Positions 29,701 to 38,610 of a DNA stretch of 64,000 bases are shown here, in pieces. Under the pieces are notes generated by a model. That model was given only the letters and a program-made list of their open reading frames with translations. It was not told the DNA's origin and ran no database searches. Source of the stretch: Longimicrobiales bacterium (lineage in GTDB: Bacteria > Gemmatimonadota > Gemmatimonadetes > Longimicrobiales > Gaopeijiaceae); assembly GCA_965116905.1 (NCBI GenBank), contig OZ220732.1:1-64000 (forward strand), in the 5' to 3' direction. The position numbers and the translations under genes are program-made. Position 1 is the stretch's first letter. Each line of letters starts with the position of its first letter.

Positions 29701-30128
29701 ACCGTGTCCCCGAGAGCCAGTAGCGTGTCGGCGGCGGGAGAGACGGTCACGGCGCGCACCACCTGCTCGACCGTCACGTTCGCGCTTCCGGAAACGGGGC
29801 CCGAGGTCGCCGTCACGGTCGCCGTTCCGTTGGCCGCCGCAGTCACCAGACCCGTCGCGTCCACCGTCGCGACGGATGCGTTTCCGCTCGACCATGTGAC
29901 GACCGCCCCGGCCATCACCTGGCCGCGCTGGTCGCGCACCTCTGCCGTCAGTTGGACAGTCGCACCCAGGGCAGCGAGTTCAGCCGTGGCCGGGCTTACT
30001 GCCACCGTCGTGGGACGAGGTGGGTCGGGGGGTGGTGCCACGGAACCGTCGCCGTCTCCGCATCCATTGGCCAGGGCCGAGGTGACAAGGGCGGCCCACA
30101 GGCCGATAAGCCGGCGGCGCAAAGCCAC
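26703..30128 (-). CDS. Lipoprotein with 4 Big_2 Ig-like repeats and an M60-like (enhancin/TCAF) metallopeptidase
   Basis: Lipobox ANGC; four V.VSP...W.SS....VD.TG repeats; LGFYAPPG, NAYGGLI, HELGHQWQ...TEVGVNLF (HExxH plus Glu). Confidence 0.88.
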   Translation of the reverse strand: MALRRRLIGLWAALVTSALANGCGDGDGSVAPPPDPPRPTTVAVSPATAELAALGATVQLTAEVRDQRGQVMAGAVVTWSSGNASVATVDATGLVTAAANGTATVTATSGPVSGSANVTVEQVVRAVTVSPAADTLLALGDTVRLGAEARDGNGHAVTGAELSWASSDTLVAMVDSTGLVTAASNGVATVTATSGAASGGATVTVEQGVRAVTVSPAADTLLALGDTVRLAGEAADGNGRAVSGARFSWASSDTLIAMVDETGLVTAVANGLASVTATSGSVSDTARILVEQALAAVSVSPRSLAMVVGDTAYLVASAHDARGHEMPDTIEFAWSSSDATVVYVDATGHSRAGRVGATTVTATSGDKRGSTVVTVHSNDPADRHAVLTAGLPERPFAGLTVGGTEGSTNTVGTLRLGLDGHALPVVLGQGGTGRSVLVAGSRRGRGRVVAYSGQDFLSSGNRATLLGKAAADRFLANAVRWVGWQAGPAPLRILADNQRIADALSGQGLNGVDVVGRRGGHVRDWSVSALADADVAVVQTNEWGAAYLVEDFVAPLRAFVERGGGVVIAGSAQHWSWWIEQHHGPFTADALLRGTGISWNHDAIDEIASATTRFDVGAVAPASLWETYVGGGRVAPDRMMLLPGLFRTALELGRTEELDVAMGRLVRETPGLPTSSAIPEARLSAEVAETLGPREWPEPHPWAAEFPGLPAAGARRVDGAVTVDATRSEFPPDARRGERHLPLGFYAPPGALVTIEVPASHATGELRIAVGQLHDDLGRSYSAHPVWRRAPWLRREFPLAARQTGVTNAYGGLIALVVPADYAGTIPVTVRGAIPVAVYTAGESDPAEWFAALDAGAPQAVIQQRGGIQFVISAEKARGITDPGEVAAFWGGFQRRHAELAGGPRRAYESIWIFDPQVGAGYANAGPVRINYPLHGETWVLLPGTAEGREYIATLPDLGPQPHVHPPSAGYSPSAHGVDWWIFGHELGHQWQTDDWRGHGITEVGVNLFTMYTLNDHIYHGGDFNVYTERKSHGCAAPLDPAALASLRWSSADNCERLALYRQLISEFGWDSMKAVFHSYYDSSYPRSEYGGSLDGFAIRFSAIVKRDLVAFFRKWEYPMSESAAATIRSFGYEVWLPPGW

Positions 30129-30546
30129 GCATTCCTCGATTCGGCCACTCCCCCACACGATGTGCTGGTCCCCCCACCCTCCCCAAAGGCCGACGATTAC
30201 ATGACTATTCCTTCATTACGGGCAACAAGACGGTGTTCAGATGTGGTATGCAAGGGTCCAATGGTGTCTTACAGGTCATTTAGAGATGGAATCACGACTA
30301 TATCGTTATATTACATGATAACTGCGCGACAGGACGCCGTCGCTGTGTGGGGGGCAAGCTCCGGACGCGATTTGTCGATTCGGAGGGGGGAACGAGCGAC
30401 GGACGTCTCGGCCTCGACAGAGCCCGAGGAGGTCTTCGGCCGCGCGTGGCCTGACTGGAGCGCTCCGGCTGTGCTCCGCACCGTGCCTTGCCAGGGCATT
30501 GGCCAGGGCCCCAATGTCCAGCGTCAGGGCCCAATCCGGTGGCAAA

Positions 30547-30563
30547 CCTGACGTTACGTCAGG
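30547..30563. promoter_or_regulatory. Perfect palindrome CCTGACGT-T-ACGTCAGG, probable operator
   Basis: 8-bp arms ending 35 bp upstream of ATG 30598; a second copy of 15 bp lies at 49972. Confidence 0.55.
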
Positions 30564-30597
30564 GTGTCAGCCCACCGCGCACCCAACGGAGGACTCC

Positions 30598-33500
30598 ATG
30601 CGCTGCTTTGTCCCCACCATCGCCACCTCGTTCACCGGCGCGCTGACGCTCGCATTCACCGCACCCCTCGCCGCCCAGGACGGCGCCGGCGACGACTGGG
30701 ACGTCACCCTGGCCCGCGGCGAGACCCGCGAGATCGACTTCACCACCGAAGAAGGGACGTGGATGTCCATGGACATCTCGCCGGACGGGCGCTGGGTCAT
30801 CTTCGACCTGCTCGCTCACGTCTACCGGGTGCCGGTTGACGGGGGCGGCGAGGCCGAGTTGTTGACCGGCGGCACCGGGGTGGCAACGAATTACCATCCC
30901 CGCTATTCGCCCGACGGCTCCACCGTCGCCTTCGTCAGCGACCGCGAAGGGCAGAACAACCTGTGGCTCATGGACCCCGACGGCTCCAACCCGCGCCAGG
31001 TCTTCAGCGACATGGCGACGCGTGCTGTCTCGCCGGCCTGGTCCGCCGACGGCAAGTACATCTTCGTCAAGCTGCAGGATGTGGCGGCGGGACGGGGGCA
31101 GACCGGACGCAGCGGAATCTGGATGTACCATGTGGATGGCGGCGACGGGATCCAGGTCGTGGGGGATCAGCCGCAGGCGGCGTGGCCCTCACCGTCAGAA
31201 GACGGCCGCTACCTGTACTTCCACGTCTATACGGGTCCGCCCGGGCTACAGGGCCGCGACGCGCTCGCCGGGCACTGGCAGGTGCGGCGCAAGGACCTCC
31301 GCACCGGCGAGGTCGTCAACATCACGGCAGGGACCGCCTCGCAGCAGGTCCGCGCCTCGAGCGGGAGCGCCTACGCGGCCGAGATCTCTCCCGACGGCCG
31401 CCACCTCGCCTTCGCCCGCCGCATCGCCGGCGGCACGGTTTCCTACCGCGGCCACACCTTCGGCCCCCGCGCCGCGCTCTGGATCCGCGACCTGGAGACC
31501 GGGCACGAGCGCGTCGCGATGGACCCCATCACCGTGGACAACGCCGAGGGGATCAAGACGATGCGCATCCTCCCCGGCTACAGCTGGAGCGCCGATGGAT
31601 CCAGCATCGTGATCACGCAGGGCGGCAAGATCCGCATGCTGGACGTCGAGAGCGGCGACGTCTCCACTGTCCCCTTCTCCGCCCACGTGCAGCGCACGAT
31701 CTCCGAACTCGCCCGCGCCGACTTCCGAATTGACGATGGACCCTTCGAGGCGAAAATGCTGCGCTGGTACGGCGCCTCGCCCGACGCCTCGCGAATCGCC
31801 TTCCAGGCGGTGGGCAGGATATGGACCTCGCCCGTGGACGGCGGCACGCCAACCCGACTGACCAGCGGCGATGGCCCACACGAATTCTCGCCATCGTGGT
31901 CACCCGACGGCCGCTGGATCGCCTACACGACCTGGGGCGGCCAGGAGGGCGGGCACGTGTGGAGGATCCCCGCCGGCGGTGGCGAGCCACAGCAGCTCAC
32001 CACCTCGCCCTCCGAGTACGCCCACCCCGTGTGGTCCCCCGACGGCTCCGAGATCGTGGTGACACGCGGAAGCGGCGCCGCCTCCCGCGCCCGGTCCGCC
32101 ACGCAGAACCCCTACTGGGAACTGTGGCGGGTCCCGGCCGAAGGCGGATCACAGGAGCGCATCATGACGATCCCCGCCGGGGGCCCGGGCGGATTGCTCG
32201 GCAACCGGCGCCAGATCACGCGGGCGTCGTTCGGACCGGGCGGGCGCATCCATTTCCCCGCAGGCCACGATGCGGGAGAAGGACAGGGCGCGATCGCCCT
32301 CATGTCGGTGCGCGGTGACGGCTCGGATGCGCGGGTGCACGCGACCATCCCCTGGGGTGACGAGTTCGTGATCTCGCCGGACGGAGACCGCGTCGCCTTC
32401 CAGGAGGGCGACAACGTGTTCTGGGCGCCGCTGCCACCCGGCGGAGCGGGCGGTGATCCCGTCGCGCTCAGGAAGAGGGGCGCACCGGTGCCGGTCACAC
32501 AGCTCACCACCGAGGGCGGCCTGTACCCGCGCTGGCTCGACAACGACCGGCTCGAGTACGGGAGCGGGCAGCGCTTCTTCATCCACGACGCAAACGCCGG
32601 CGAGACCGACACCATGTCCATCCGGCTCAGTGTCGACCGCGTCGTCCCCCAAGGCACCCTCGCGCTGACCAACGCGCGCGTCGTCACCCTGGACGACCGC
32701 GCCGTCCACGAGAACGCCACCCTGCTCATCGAGGGCAGCCGGATCGCCTGCGTGGGCGATTGCGACATCTCCGGGGCCGACAGGACCATGGACATGACCG
32801 GCAAGACCATCATCCCCGGCTTCATCGACATGCACGCCCACCACTACCGCGAGCACAAGGGCCTGATCCCGAAGCGCGACTTCGAGTCGGCCATCTACCT
32901 GGCGTACGGCGTGACCGCGAACCTCGACAACTCGATGTGGTCGCAGAATGTCTTTGCCAGCGCCGAGATGATCCGCGCGGGCGCGGTGGTCGGGCCGCGC
33001 ACGTACTCCACGGGCGACCCCATGTACCGCGGCGACGCCGCCCGGCAGAACGAGATCTCCAGCTACGAGGTCGCCGAGCAGAACATCAACCGGTTGGCGT
33101 CGTGGGGGGCGACCGCGCTCAAGCAGTACCTGCAGCCGCGCCGCGACCAGCGCCAGTGGGTCTCCGACATCGCGCGCCGGAAGAACCTCATGGTCACCTC
33201 CGAGAACAACGACATCCCGTACACGATCGGGATGATGATGGACGGGCAGACCGGGTTCGAGCACCCCATGACGTACCTGCCGATGTACCGCGACCTCAGC
33301 ACCTTCCTGGGCCAGGCCGAGTCGACCTACTCGCCGACTTTCGTCGTGGGCGGCATCGGTCCCTGGAACGAGGAGTTCTTCTTCGCCGAGCAGGAGGTCT
33401 GGCTCGACCCGAAGCAGCGCGAATGGCTGCCGTGGCGCCAGGTCATTCCGCACATGCGCCGCCGCTGGGAGCGCCCCGACACCGACTACACGTACCCGCT

Positions 33501-33921
33501 CATCGCCCTGGGCATGATGGACGTGATCGAGGCCGGTGGCTGGGGGGCGATCGGCTCGCACGGACAGGCCCACGCCATCGCGTCGCACTGGGAGGTCTGG
33601 ATGGTAGAGGCCGCCGCCGGGCCCATGGCCGCGCTCGAAGTCGCGAGCCTCCACGGCGCCGTCTTCCTGGGCGCACAGCAGGACATCGGCTCGATCGAAG
33701 TCGGCAAACTGGCGGACGTGCTCGTGCTGAACTCGAACCCGCTCGACAACATCCGCAATACTACCGACATCATGTACGTGGTACAGGGCGGCATCGTGCG
33801 GGATGGACTCACCCTCGACGAGGTGTGGCCCAACCAGATGCCCTACGGCGAGCATTGGTGGGTGGACCCGGACGCGTGGCTGATGGACAACCGGCCGGTG
33901 GACTACTGGGACCGGAGGTAG
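30598..33921 (+). CDS. TolB/PD40 beta-propeller-amidohydrolase fusion, exported
   Basis: Signal peptide; EGTWMSMDISPDG and many WSPDG repeats; PGFIDMHAH; GSIEVGKLADVLVL; GGAGG RBS. Confidence 0.9.
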   Translation: MRCFVPTIATSFTGALTLAFTAPLAAQDGAGDDWDVTLARGETREIDFTTEEGTWMSMDISPDGRWVIFDLLAHVYRVPVDGGGEAELLTGGTGVATNYHPRYSPDGSTVAFVSDREGQNNLWLMDPDGSNPRQVFSDMATRAVSPAWSADGKYIFVKLQDVAAGRGQTGRSGIWMYHVDGGDGIQVVGDQPQAAWPSPSEDGRYLYFHVYTGPPGLQGRDALAGHWQVRRKDLRTGEVVNITAGTASQQVRASSGSAYAAEISPDGRHLAFARRIAGGTVSYRGHTFGPRAALWIRDLETGHERVAMDPITVDNAEGIKTMRILPGYSWSADGSSIVITQGGKIRMLDVESGDVSTVPFSAHVQRTISELARADFRIDDGPFEAKMLRWYGASPDASRIAFQAVGRIWTSPVDGGTPTRLTSGDGPHEFSPSWSPDGRWIAYTTWGGQEGGHVWRIPAGGGEPQQLTTSPSEYAHPVWSPDGSEIVVTRGSGAASRARSATQNPYWELWRVPAEGGSQERIMTIPAGGPGGLLGNRRQITRASFGPGGRIHFPAGHDAGEGQGAIALMSVRGDGSDARVHATIPWGDEFVISPDGDRVAFQEGDNVFWAPLPPGGAGGDPVALRKRGAPVPVTQLTTEGGLYPRWLDNDRLEYGSGQRFFIHDANAGETDTMSIRLSVDRVVPQGTLALTNARVVTLDDRAVHENATLLIEGSRIACVGDCDISGADRTMDMTGKTIIPGFIDMHAHHYREHKGLIPKRDFESAIYLAYGVTANLDNSMWSQNVFASAEMIRAGAVVGPRTYSTGDPMYRGDAARQNEISSYEVAEQNINRLASWGATALKQYLQPRRDQRQWVSDIARRKNLMVTSENNDIPYTIGMMMDGQTGFEHPMTYLPMYRDLSTFLGQAESTYSPTFVVGGIGPWNEEFFFAEQEVWLDPKQREWLPWRQVIPHMRRRWERPDTDYTYPLIALGMMDVIEAGGWGAIGSHGQAHAIASHWEVWMVEAAAGPMAALEVASLHGAVFLGAQQDIGSIEVGKLADVLVLNSNPLDNIRNTTDIMYVVQGGIVRDGLTLDEVWPNQMPYGEHWWVDPDAWLMDNRPVDYWDRR

Positions 33922-33922
33922 C

Positions 33923-35143
33923 TCAACCCTCCAGTCGGTTGTACTTCCGCAGCACCTCTCGCAACCGGTCGTGCGGGAGGGCGTGCACGGTCACGTCGTT
34001 CGCGCCCGTCATCGTCTCCGCCGCGACCAGCGCGTTGATGATCGCCTCCTCGGTCGCCTCGACCGTGCCTGTGAAGAGCGGGTTCAACCGCCCGTTGGCC
34101 AGCACCCGCGCGTCCGCCGCCGTCGCCCGCTCGGAAGCCGCCTCCTGATTCGCGGTCGAGAAGGCCATGAAGATGTCGCCCGAGCCGTTGGACGAAATGC
34201 TCCCGTTGCGGCCCAGTCCCAGCGATACCCGGCGCGCCATCCTCTCGAGCTGATGGGTCAGCACGGGAGCATCCGTCGCGACCACGACGATGATCGAACC
34301 GTCGCGGTCCGCCTCTCCCTCCACCCCCTCGAGCTGCTCCCCGCCAGGCCGTTCCGGCATGAGGTCCGCGATCTCCCGCCCCACCGGCACACCGGCCACG
34401 CGGAACAGGTCGCGGCTTCCGTAGTTGCACTGCACCAGCACGCCCACCGTGTAGGGCTCGCCCGCGACCTCCACCACCCGCGAGGACGTCCCGATCCCGC
34501 CCTTGAAGCGGTGGCAGATCATTCCCGTGCCGCCACCCACGTTCCCCTCGGCCACTGGTCCGCCGCGCGCCGCGTTCATCGCGGCAACCGCGTCTTCCTC
34601 GGTAACGTGTTGACCCCGGATGTCGTTGAGCGTCCCGTCCCAGGTCTCGCCCACGACCGGCAGCGCCGCGAGCCACCTGCCCTCACCCCGTTCGACGCCC
34701 TTCGCCACCCCCCACCGGATCACCGCATGATGCACGATCCCCACACTCAGCGTGTTCGTGATCATCACCGGACCCTCCAGGATGCCGGAATCGCGCACCC
34801 AGGTGGTGCCGGTCATCTCGCCGTCCCCGTTCAGCGTGAACCACGCCGCGTATACGGGGTCAGGCTCGGCCCGGCCGCGCGGCCACACCGCCGTAACCCC
34901 GGTCCGCACCGGGCCCTCGCCGATCACCAGCGGCCCACGTCCGCGAACGATCGTCGCGTGACCCACCTCGACGCCTTCGACATCGGTGATCGCGTTGAGC
35001 GCGCCGGGAGTGCCCTCGAAGGGGACTCCGAGGTCGCGTGCCCGCGGCTTCTGGGCGGACGCCGGAACAACCGCACACGCCAGCAGAAGCAACAACACGC
35101 TCCCGAAAACGCCACAAACTGGTAGATTTCTGGTTGTACTCAC
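33923..35143 (-). CDS. DmpA/BapA-family (P1) aminopeptidase, exported
   Basis: RARDLG, NAITDVEGV.VGH, RTGVTA, EGNVGGGTGM, FKGGIGTSSR, G|SIIVVVATDAP autocleavage site, SGDIF.AFST. Start codon uncertain. Confidence 0.92.
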   Translation of the reverse strand: MSTTRNLPVCGVFGSVLLLLLACAVVPASAQKPRARDLGVPFEGTPGALNAITDVEGVEVGHATIVRGRGPLVIGEGPVRTGVTAVWPRGRAEPDPVYAAWFTLNGDGEMTGTTWVRDSGILEGPVMITNTLSVGIVHHAVIRWGVAKGVERGEGRWLAALPVVGETWDGTLNDIRGQHVTEEDAVAAMNAARGGPVAEGNVGGGTGMICHRFKGGIGTSSRVVEVAGEPYTVGVLVQCNYGSRDLFRVAGVPVGREIADLMPERPGGEQLEGVEGEADRDGSIIVVVATDAPVLTHQLERMARRVSLGLGRNGSISSNGSGDIFMAFSTANQEAASERATAADARVLANGRLNPLFTGTVEATEEAIINALVAAETMTGANDVTVHALPHDRLREVLRKYNRLEG

Positions 35144-35186
35144 TTTGCGTTCACTTTCTGCTGGATCCCTGGAGTCCGCGATTGGC

Positions 35187-35594
35187 ATGACCACTATGAA
35201 TTGGGGCCGCAACCGTCAAGAGAAAGCGATGGTGGCCGCCGCGATGACGGCCGCCCACTACCTTGCTGCCGCCCTCCAGGCCGGCATGAGCCGGACGGCA
35301 ATCGAGACGGCGCTCGCGGCAGTGGTGCGCCGGTCCGGGATGTCCGAGTTCTGGATCACGGACGAAACCGGTCGCATCGTGTTCGGCTCGGAACCCATGG
35401 ACTTCGTGTTCCCCAGCGATCCCGACGGGGACAGCCAGGGAGCGCCGTTCGCGGCTCTACTGCAGGGGACTACGGACGTTGTGATCCAGGATCCGCAACC
35501 TCGCGAACTCGATGGCAAGGTCTTCCAGTATGTGGGTGTTGCGGGTGTGGACTGTCCACGAATCGTGCAGGTGGGCGTGGCCGACGGGGCTTGA
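35187..35594 (+). CDS. Stand-alone Cache-like sensor domain protein
   Basis: EFWITDETGRIV...F..LL.G...VVIQ.PQPRELDGKVFQYVGVAGVD.PRIVQVG resembles ligand-binding domains of chemoreceptors/kinases. No TM or output domain. Confidence 0.6.
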   Translation: MTTMNWGRNRQEKAMVAAAMTAAHYLAAALQAGMSRTAIETALAAVVRRSGMSEFWITDETGRIVFGSEPMDFVFPSDPDGDSQGAPFAALLQGTTDVVIQDPQPRELDGKVFQYVGVAGVDCPRIVQVGVADGA

Positions 35595-35642
35595 CCCGTC
35601 TCACGCTGGTCCGGAAGTGCGATCAGCGCCCGCCCCCCAACC

Positions 35643-36557
35643 TCATCCGACCCAGCCGCGCATCGCGACCGATCCCGCAGGGTCCAGCGCTTCGACGACG
35701 CACTCCACAGGAGGTGACGCGCCACCGCCCGGGCCGGCCTCACCTGCGTCCGGCACCGGCGCCGACACCGGCCGACCCACCAGCGTGATCGGCTCATCGA
35801 CAAACAGCGGCGCCAGCGCGCGATAGCGGAAGCTGGAGACCGCGGCCTCGCAGTGCCGCCCGGCCGCATCGAGGAGCAGAAGCGCCGTCAGCGGGCCGTG
35901 CACAAGCAGTCCGCGATAGCCTTCCTTGCCGGTCACGTACGGCTGGTCGTAGTGGATGCGGTGGCCGTTGTAGGTCAGTGCCGAGAACTGGAAAAGCGTG
36001 ACCGGAGTGGGGACGAAAGTCTCGGTCCACGCGGCGGCAGGCGGCGTGCCGGGCGGGGCAACCGGCCGGGGCGGGACAGCCGGCCGGCGCGGGCCAGCCG
36101 GCCGGGGCGAAGCAGCCTCCCGGTAGACCATCACCTGCTTCTCCTCCACGCACGCGTGGCCGTCCTGCAGCAACGTGTGGTCCACCGTGACGAAGACGAG
36201 GCGGCCGCTCTTTCCCCTCTTCTCCTCCACCTCACGGACGCCGGACCGAAGTTCCGCGCGTGCTCCAATCCGCACCGGCCGAAGAGCACGCAACGTGCCC
36301 CCCGCCCACATCCGCCGCGGAAGGTCTATTTCGGGCATGAAGGTGCCCCGCCGCTCGTGTCCATCCGGACCGAGACCGGACGCGCGCACGGGATTCCTGA
36401 AGTGGAGCCAGTGCCACCCGAGCGGCAGCGGATCTCCTTCGGCGAGCGTTCCAGGGTCTCTGTCGAGAAGGGCGGCCATGGCCTGCGACGGCCAGGGCCC
36501 CAGGATGTCCGTCCGGACCGTCGTGCGGTGCGCCTGCGGGATGTGCGACTCCGTCAC
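35643..36557 (-). CDS. MaoC/FAS1-like double hot-dog acyl-CoA hydratase (itaconyl-/mesaconyl-CoA hydratase-like)
   Basis: LPLGWHWLHF, LGPDGH, PRRMWAGG, LFQFSALTYNGHRIHYD, LLVHGPL; GTGA overlap with the upstream stop. Confidence 0.88.
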   Translation of the reverse strand: MTESHIPQAHRTTVRTDILGPWPSQAMAALLDRDPGTLAEGDPLPLGWHWLHFRNPVRASGLGPDGHERRGTFMPEIDLPRRMWAGGTLRALRPVRIGARAELRSGVREVEEKRGKSGRLVFVTVDHTLLQDGHACVEEKQVMVYREAASPRPAGPRRPAVPPRPVAPPGTPPAAAWTETFVPTPVTLFQFSALTYNGHRIHYDQPYVTGKEGYRGLLVHGPLTALLLLDAAGRHCEAAVSSFRYRALAPLFVDEPITLVGRPVSAPVPDAGEAGPGGGASPPVECVVEALDPAGSVAMRGWVG

Positions 36558-37459
36558 GGCCTCGCTCCAGAGCGCGGAGGTCCCGCCCGCGCAAGGACCC
36601 GCCGCGCCGCCTCGACCACCGGCCGGTCCACCATCCTGCCGTCGAGAGACACGGCGCCTCCGCCTGCGGCGCGGTCCGCCTCGACGATCCTGCGGGCCTG
36701 CTCCACCTCCTCGGGCGAGGGCGTGAAGACATCGTGAATGACCGGGATCTGCGCGGGATGGATCGCCACCTTGCCAGTCATTCCGAGCCGGAGGGCGTTC
36801 TCGGCCTCGGCGCGCAGGCGCGACACGTCGCGAAAGTCGCGCGACGGCATGTCGATCGTGTCCAGTCCGCTCAGGGCCGCCGCGTGCACCACCCGGGAGC
36901 GCGCGTAGAGGAGCGGCTCCCATTCGGGTTCGGCGCCCAGCTCGGCGGAAAGATCGAAGCCGCCGAACATGAGCGCTGCGACCGCGGGAGACGCCGCACC
37001 GATCTGCGCCGCGTTCTCCAGTCCGGCGGCAGTCTCGATGATGGGGAACAGGGGGATGTCGTCGCCCAGGAGCCGTTGGGCGCTCCGGATCGTGTCCGCG
37101 CCCGTGACCTTCGGGATCATGAGCGCGTCGGGCCTCGGGACACCGGCCAGCGCCTCCGCATCCAGCCGGCCCCCCTCCGAGTCCGGGTCGTTGACGCGCA
37201 CGATCACGGGCGGCCGGCGCCCGCGGCCCGGGTCGGCACCGGTCACGGCCGGTCCCTCCCATCTCGCGAGGAAAGCGGCCACCGCGTCCCGCGCGCCCGC
37301 CTTCGCCGCCGGTCCGACCGCGTCCTCCAGGTCGACGCAGACCGCGTCGGCCCCCGCAACCATGGCCTTGTCGCATCGGTCCGGCCGGTCGCCCGGCACG
37401 AAGAGGACGGACCTGCAGGGCGGGAACAGCCGTCGCGGCCCGGACATCCGCTCCGCCAT
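36554..37459 (-). CDS. CitE/HpcH-family acyl-CoA lyase (citramalyl-CoA lyase-like)
   Basis: RSVLFVPG, DLEDAV, VRVN, IIET..G, GK.AIHP.Q, DGRMVD.P. Confidence 0.9.
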   Translation of the reverse strand: MAERMSGPRRLFPPCRSVLFVPGDRPDRCDKAMVAGADAVCVDLEDAVGPAAKAGARDAVAAFLARWEGPAVTGADPGRGRRPPVIVRVNDPDSEGGRLDAEALAGVPRPDALMIPKVTGADTIRSAQRLLGDDIPLFPIIETAAGLENAAQIGAASPAVAALMFGGFDLSAELGAEPEWEPLLYARSRVVHAAALSGLDTIDMPSRDFRDVSRLRAEAENALRLGMTGKVAIHPAQIPVIHDVFTPSPEEVEQARRIVEADRAAGGGAVSLDGRMVDRPVVEAARRVLARAGPPRSGARP

Positions 37460-38610
37460 CAGAACGACCTCGGCATGCCGAGCACATGCGTCGCCACATG
37501 GCTGAGCACGAGGTTGTTCGCGACGGGCGCCACCATGTAGAGCCGCGCCTCGCGAAACTTCCGCTCGATTCCGTACTCCGACGCCATGCCCCACCCGCCG
37601 AACGTGTCCATGGCTACATTGGCCGCCTTCCAGGCCGCCCGGGACGCCAGGTACTTCGCCATGTTGGGACCGTGGCCCCGGGTCTCGCCGGCGTCGTACT
37701 CGCGCGCCGCCTCGTTGCGGACGGCCGCCGCCGCGCGCACGTCCATGTACGCGTCCGCGATCGGGAACTGCACCCCCTGGTTCTCGCCGATCGCCCGGCC
37801 GAAGACCTTGCGGGCGCTCGCATAGTCCGATGCGCGGTCGACGAAGTACAGGCCGTCGCCGACGGATTCGGACGCCAGCAGAATGCGCTCAGCGTTCATC
37901 CCGGACATGATGTAGCGGAACCCCCTGCCCTCCTCGCCGATCCGGTTCGCTGCCGGGACCTTCAGGCCGTCGAAGAAGACCTCGCAGCTCTCGTGGTTGA
38001 TCATCGTGTCGATGGGGCCGACGCGCACCCGGTCCCCGGCATCGCGCAGGTCGACGATGAACACCGAGAGCCCGGCGGTCCGCTTCTCGACTTCGGCAAG
38101 CGGCGTGGTGCGGGCCAGCAGGACCATCAGGTCGGACTGGCGCACCCGCGAGATGAACACCTTCTGCCCCCGAACCACGTACGTGTCCCCCCGGCGCTCG
38201 GCGAAGGTGCGGATGCGCGTCGTGTCGGACCCGGCGTCCGGCTCGGTGACCGCGAACGCCTGCAGGCGCAGCTCGCCCGCCGCGATCCCGGGCAGCCAGC
38301 GCCGCTTCTGCTCGTCGGAGCCGTGCCGCAGCAGCGTGCCCATCGTGTACATCTGCGCGTGGCAGGCCCCGGAGTTCGCGCCCGAACGGTTGATCTCCTC
38401 GAGAATCACGCACGCCTCCCGCACCCCGAGCCCCATCCCGCCGTACTCCTCGGGGATCAGGCACGCCAGGTAGCCGGCCTCGGTCAGCGCGTCGACGAAC
38501 TCGTGCGGGTAGGCGCGCTCGTCATCGGCGGCCTGCCAGTAGTCGTTGCCGAAGTCGGCGCAGAGGGCCCGGACGGCGGTCCGGAGCTGGTCCTGTAGGG
38601 GATCGCTCAA
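37459..38610 (-). CDS. Acyl-CoA dehydrogenase
   Basis: IPEEYGGMG, FAVTEPDAGSD, GQKVFISR, NAERI, FGRAIGENQGVQF, FGGWG...EY.IER; TTG start overlapping the upstream TGA. Confidence 0.92.
   Translation of the reverse strand: MSDPLQDQLRTAVRALCADFGNDYWQAADDERAYPHEFVDALTEAGYLACLIPEEYGGMGLGVREACVILEEINRSGANSGACHAQMYTMGTLLRHGSDEQKRRWLPGIAAGELRLQAFAVTEPDAGSDTTRIRTFAERRGDTYVVRGQKVFISRVRQSDLMVLLARTTPLAEVEKRTAGLSVFIVDLRDAGDRVRVGPIDTMINHESCEVFFDGLKVPAANRIGEEGRGFRYIMSGMNAERILLASESVGDGLYFVDRASDYASARKVFGRAIGENQGVQFPIADAYMDVRAAAAVRNEAAREYDAGETRGHGPNMAKYLASRAAWKAANVAMDTFGGWGMASEYGIERKFREARLYMVAPVANNLVLSHVATHVLGMPRSF

Noticed and set aside
30160..30546. AT-rich intergenic region as a possible ncRNA or small ORF
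   Set aside because: No recognisable RNA family structure or credible ORF; best explained as divergent promoter DNA.
36558..37499. Apparent long N-terminal extensions of ORFs 35643..37499 and 37459..39279 suggesting fusions
   Set aside because: They are alternative frames over the upstream genes; coupled GTG/TTG starts at 36557 and 38610 explain the real proteins.
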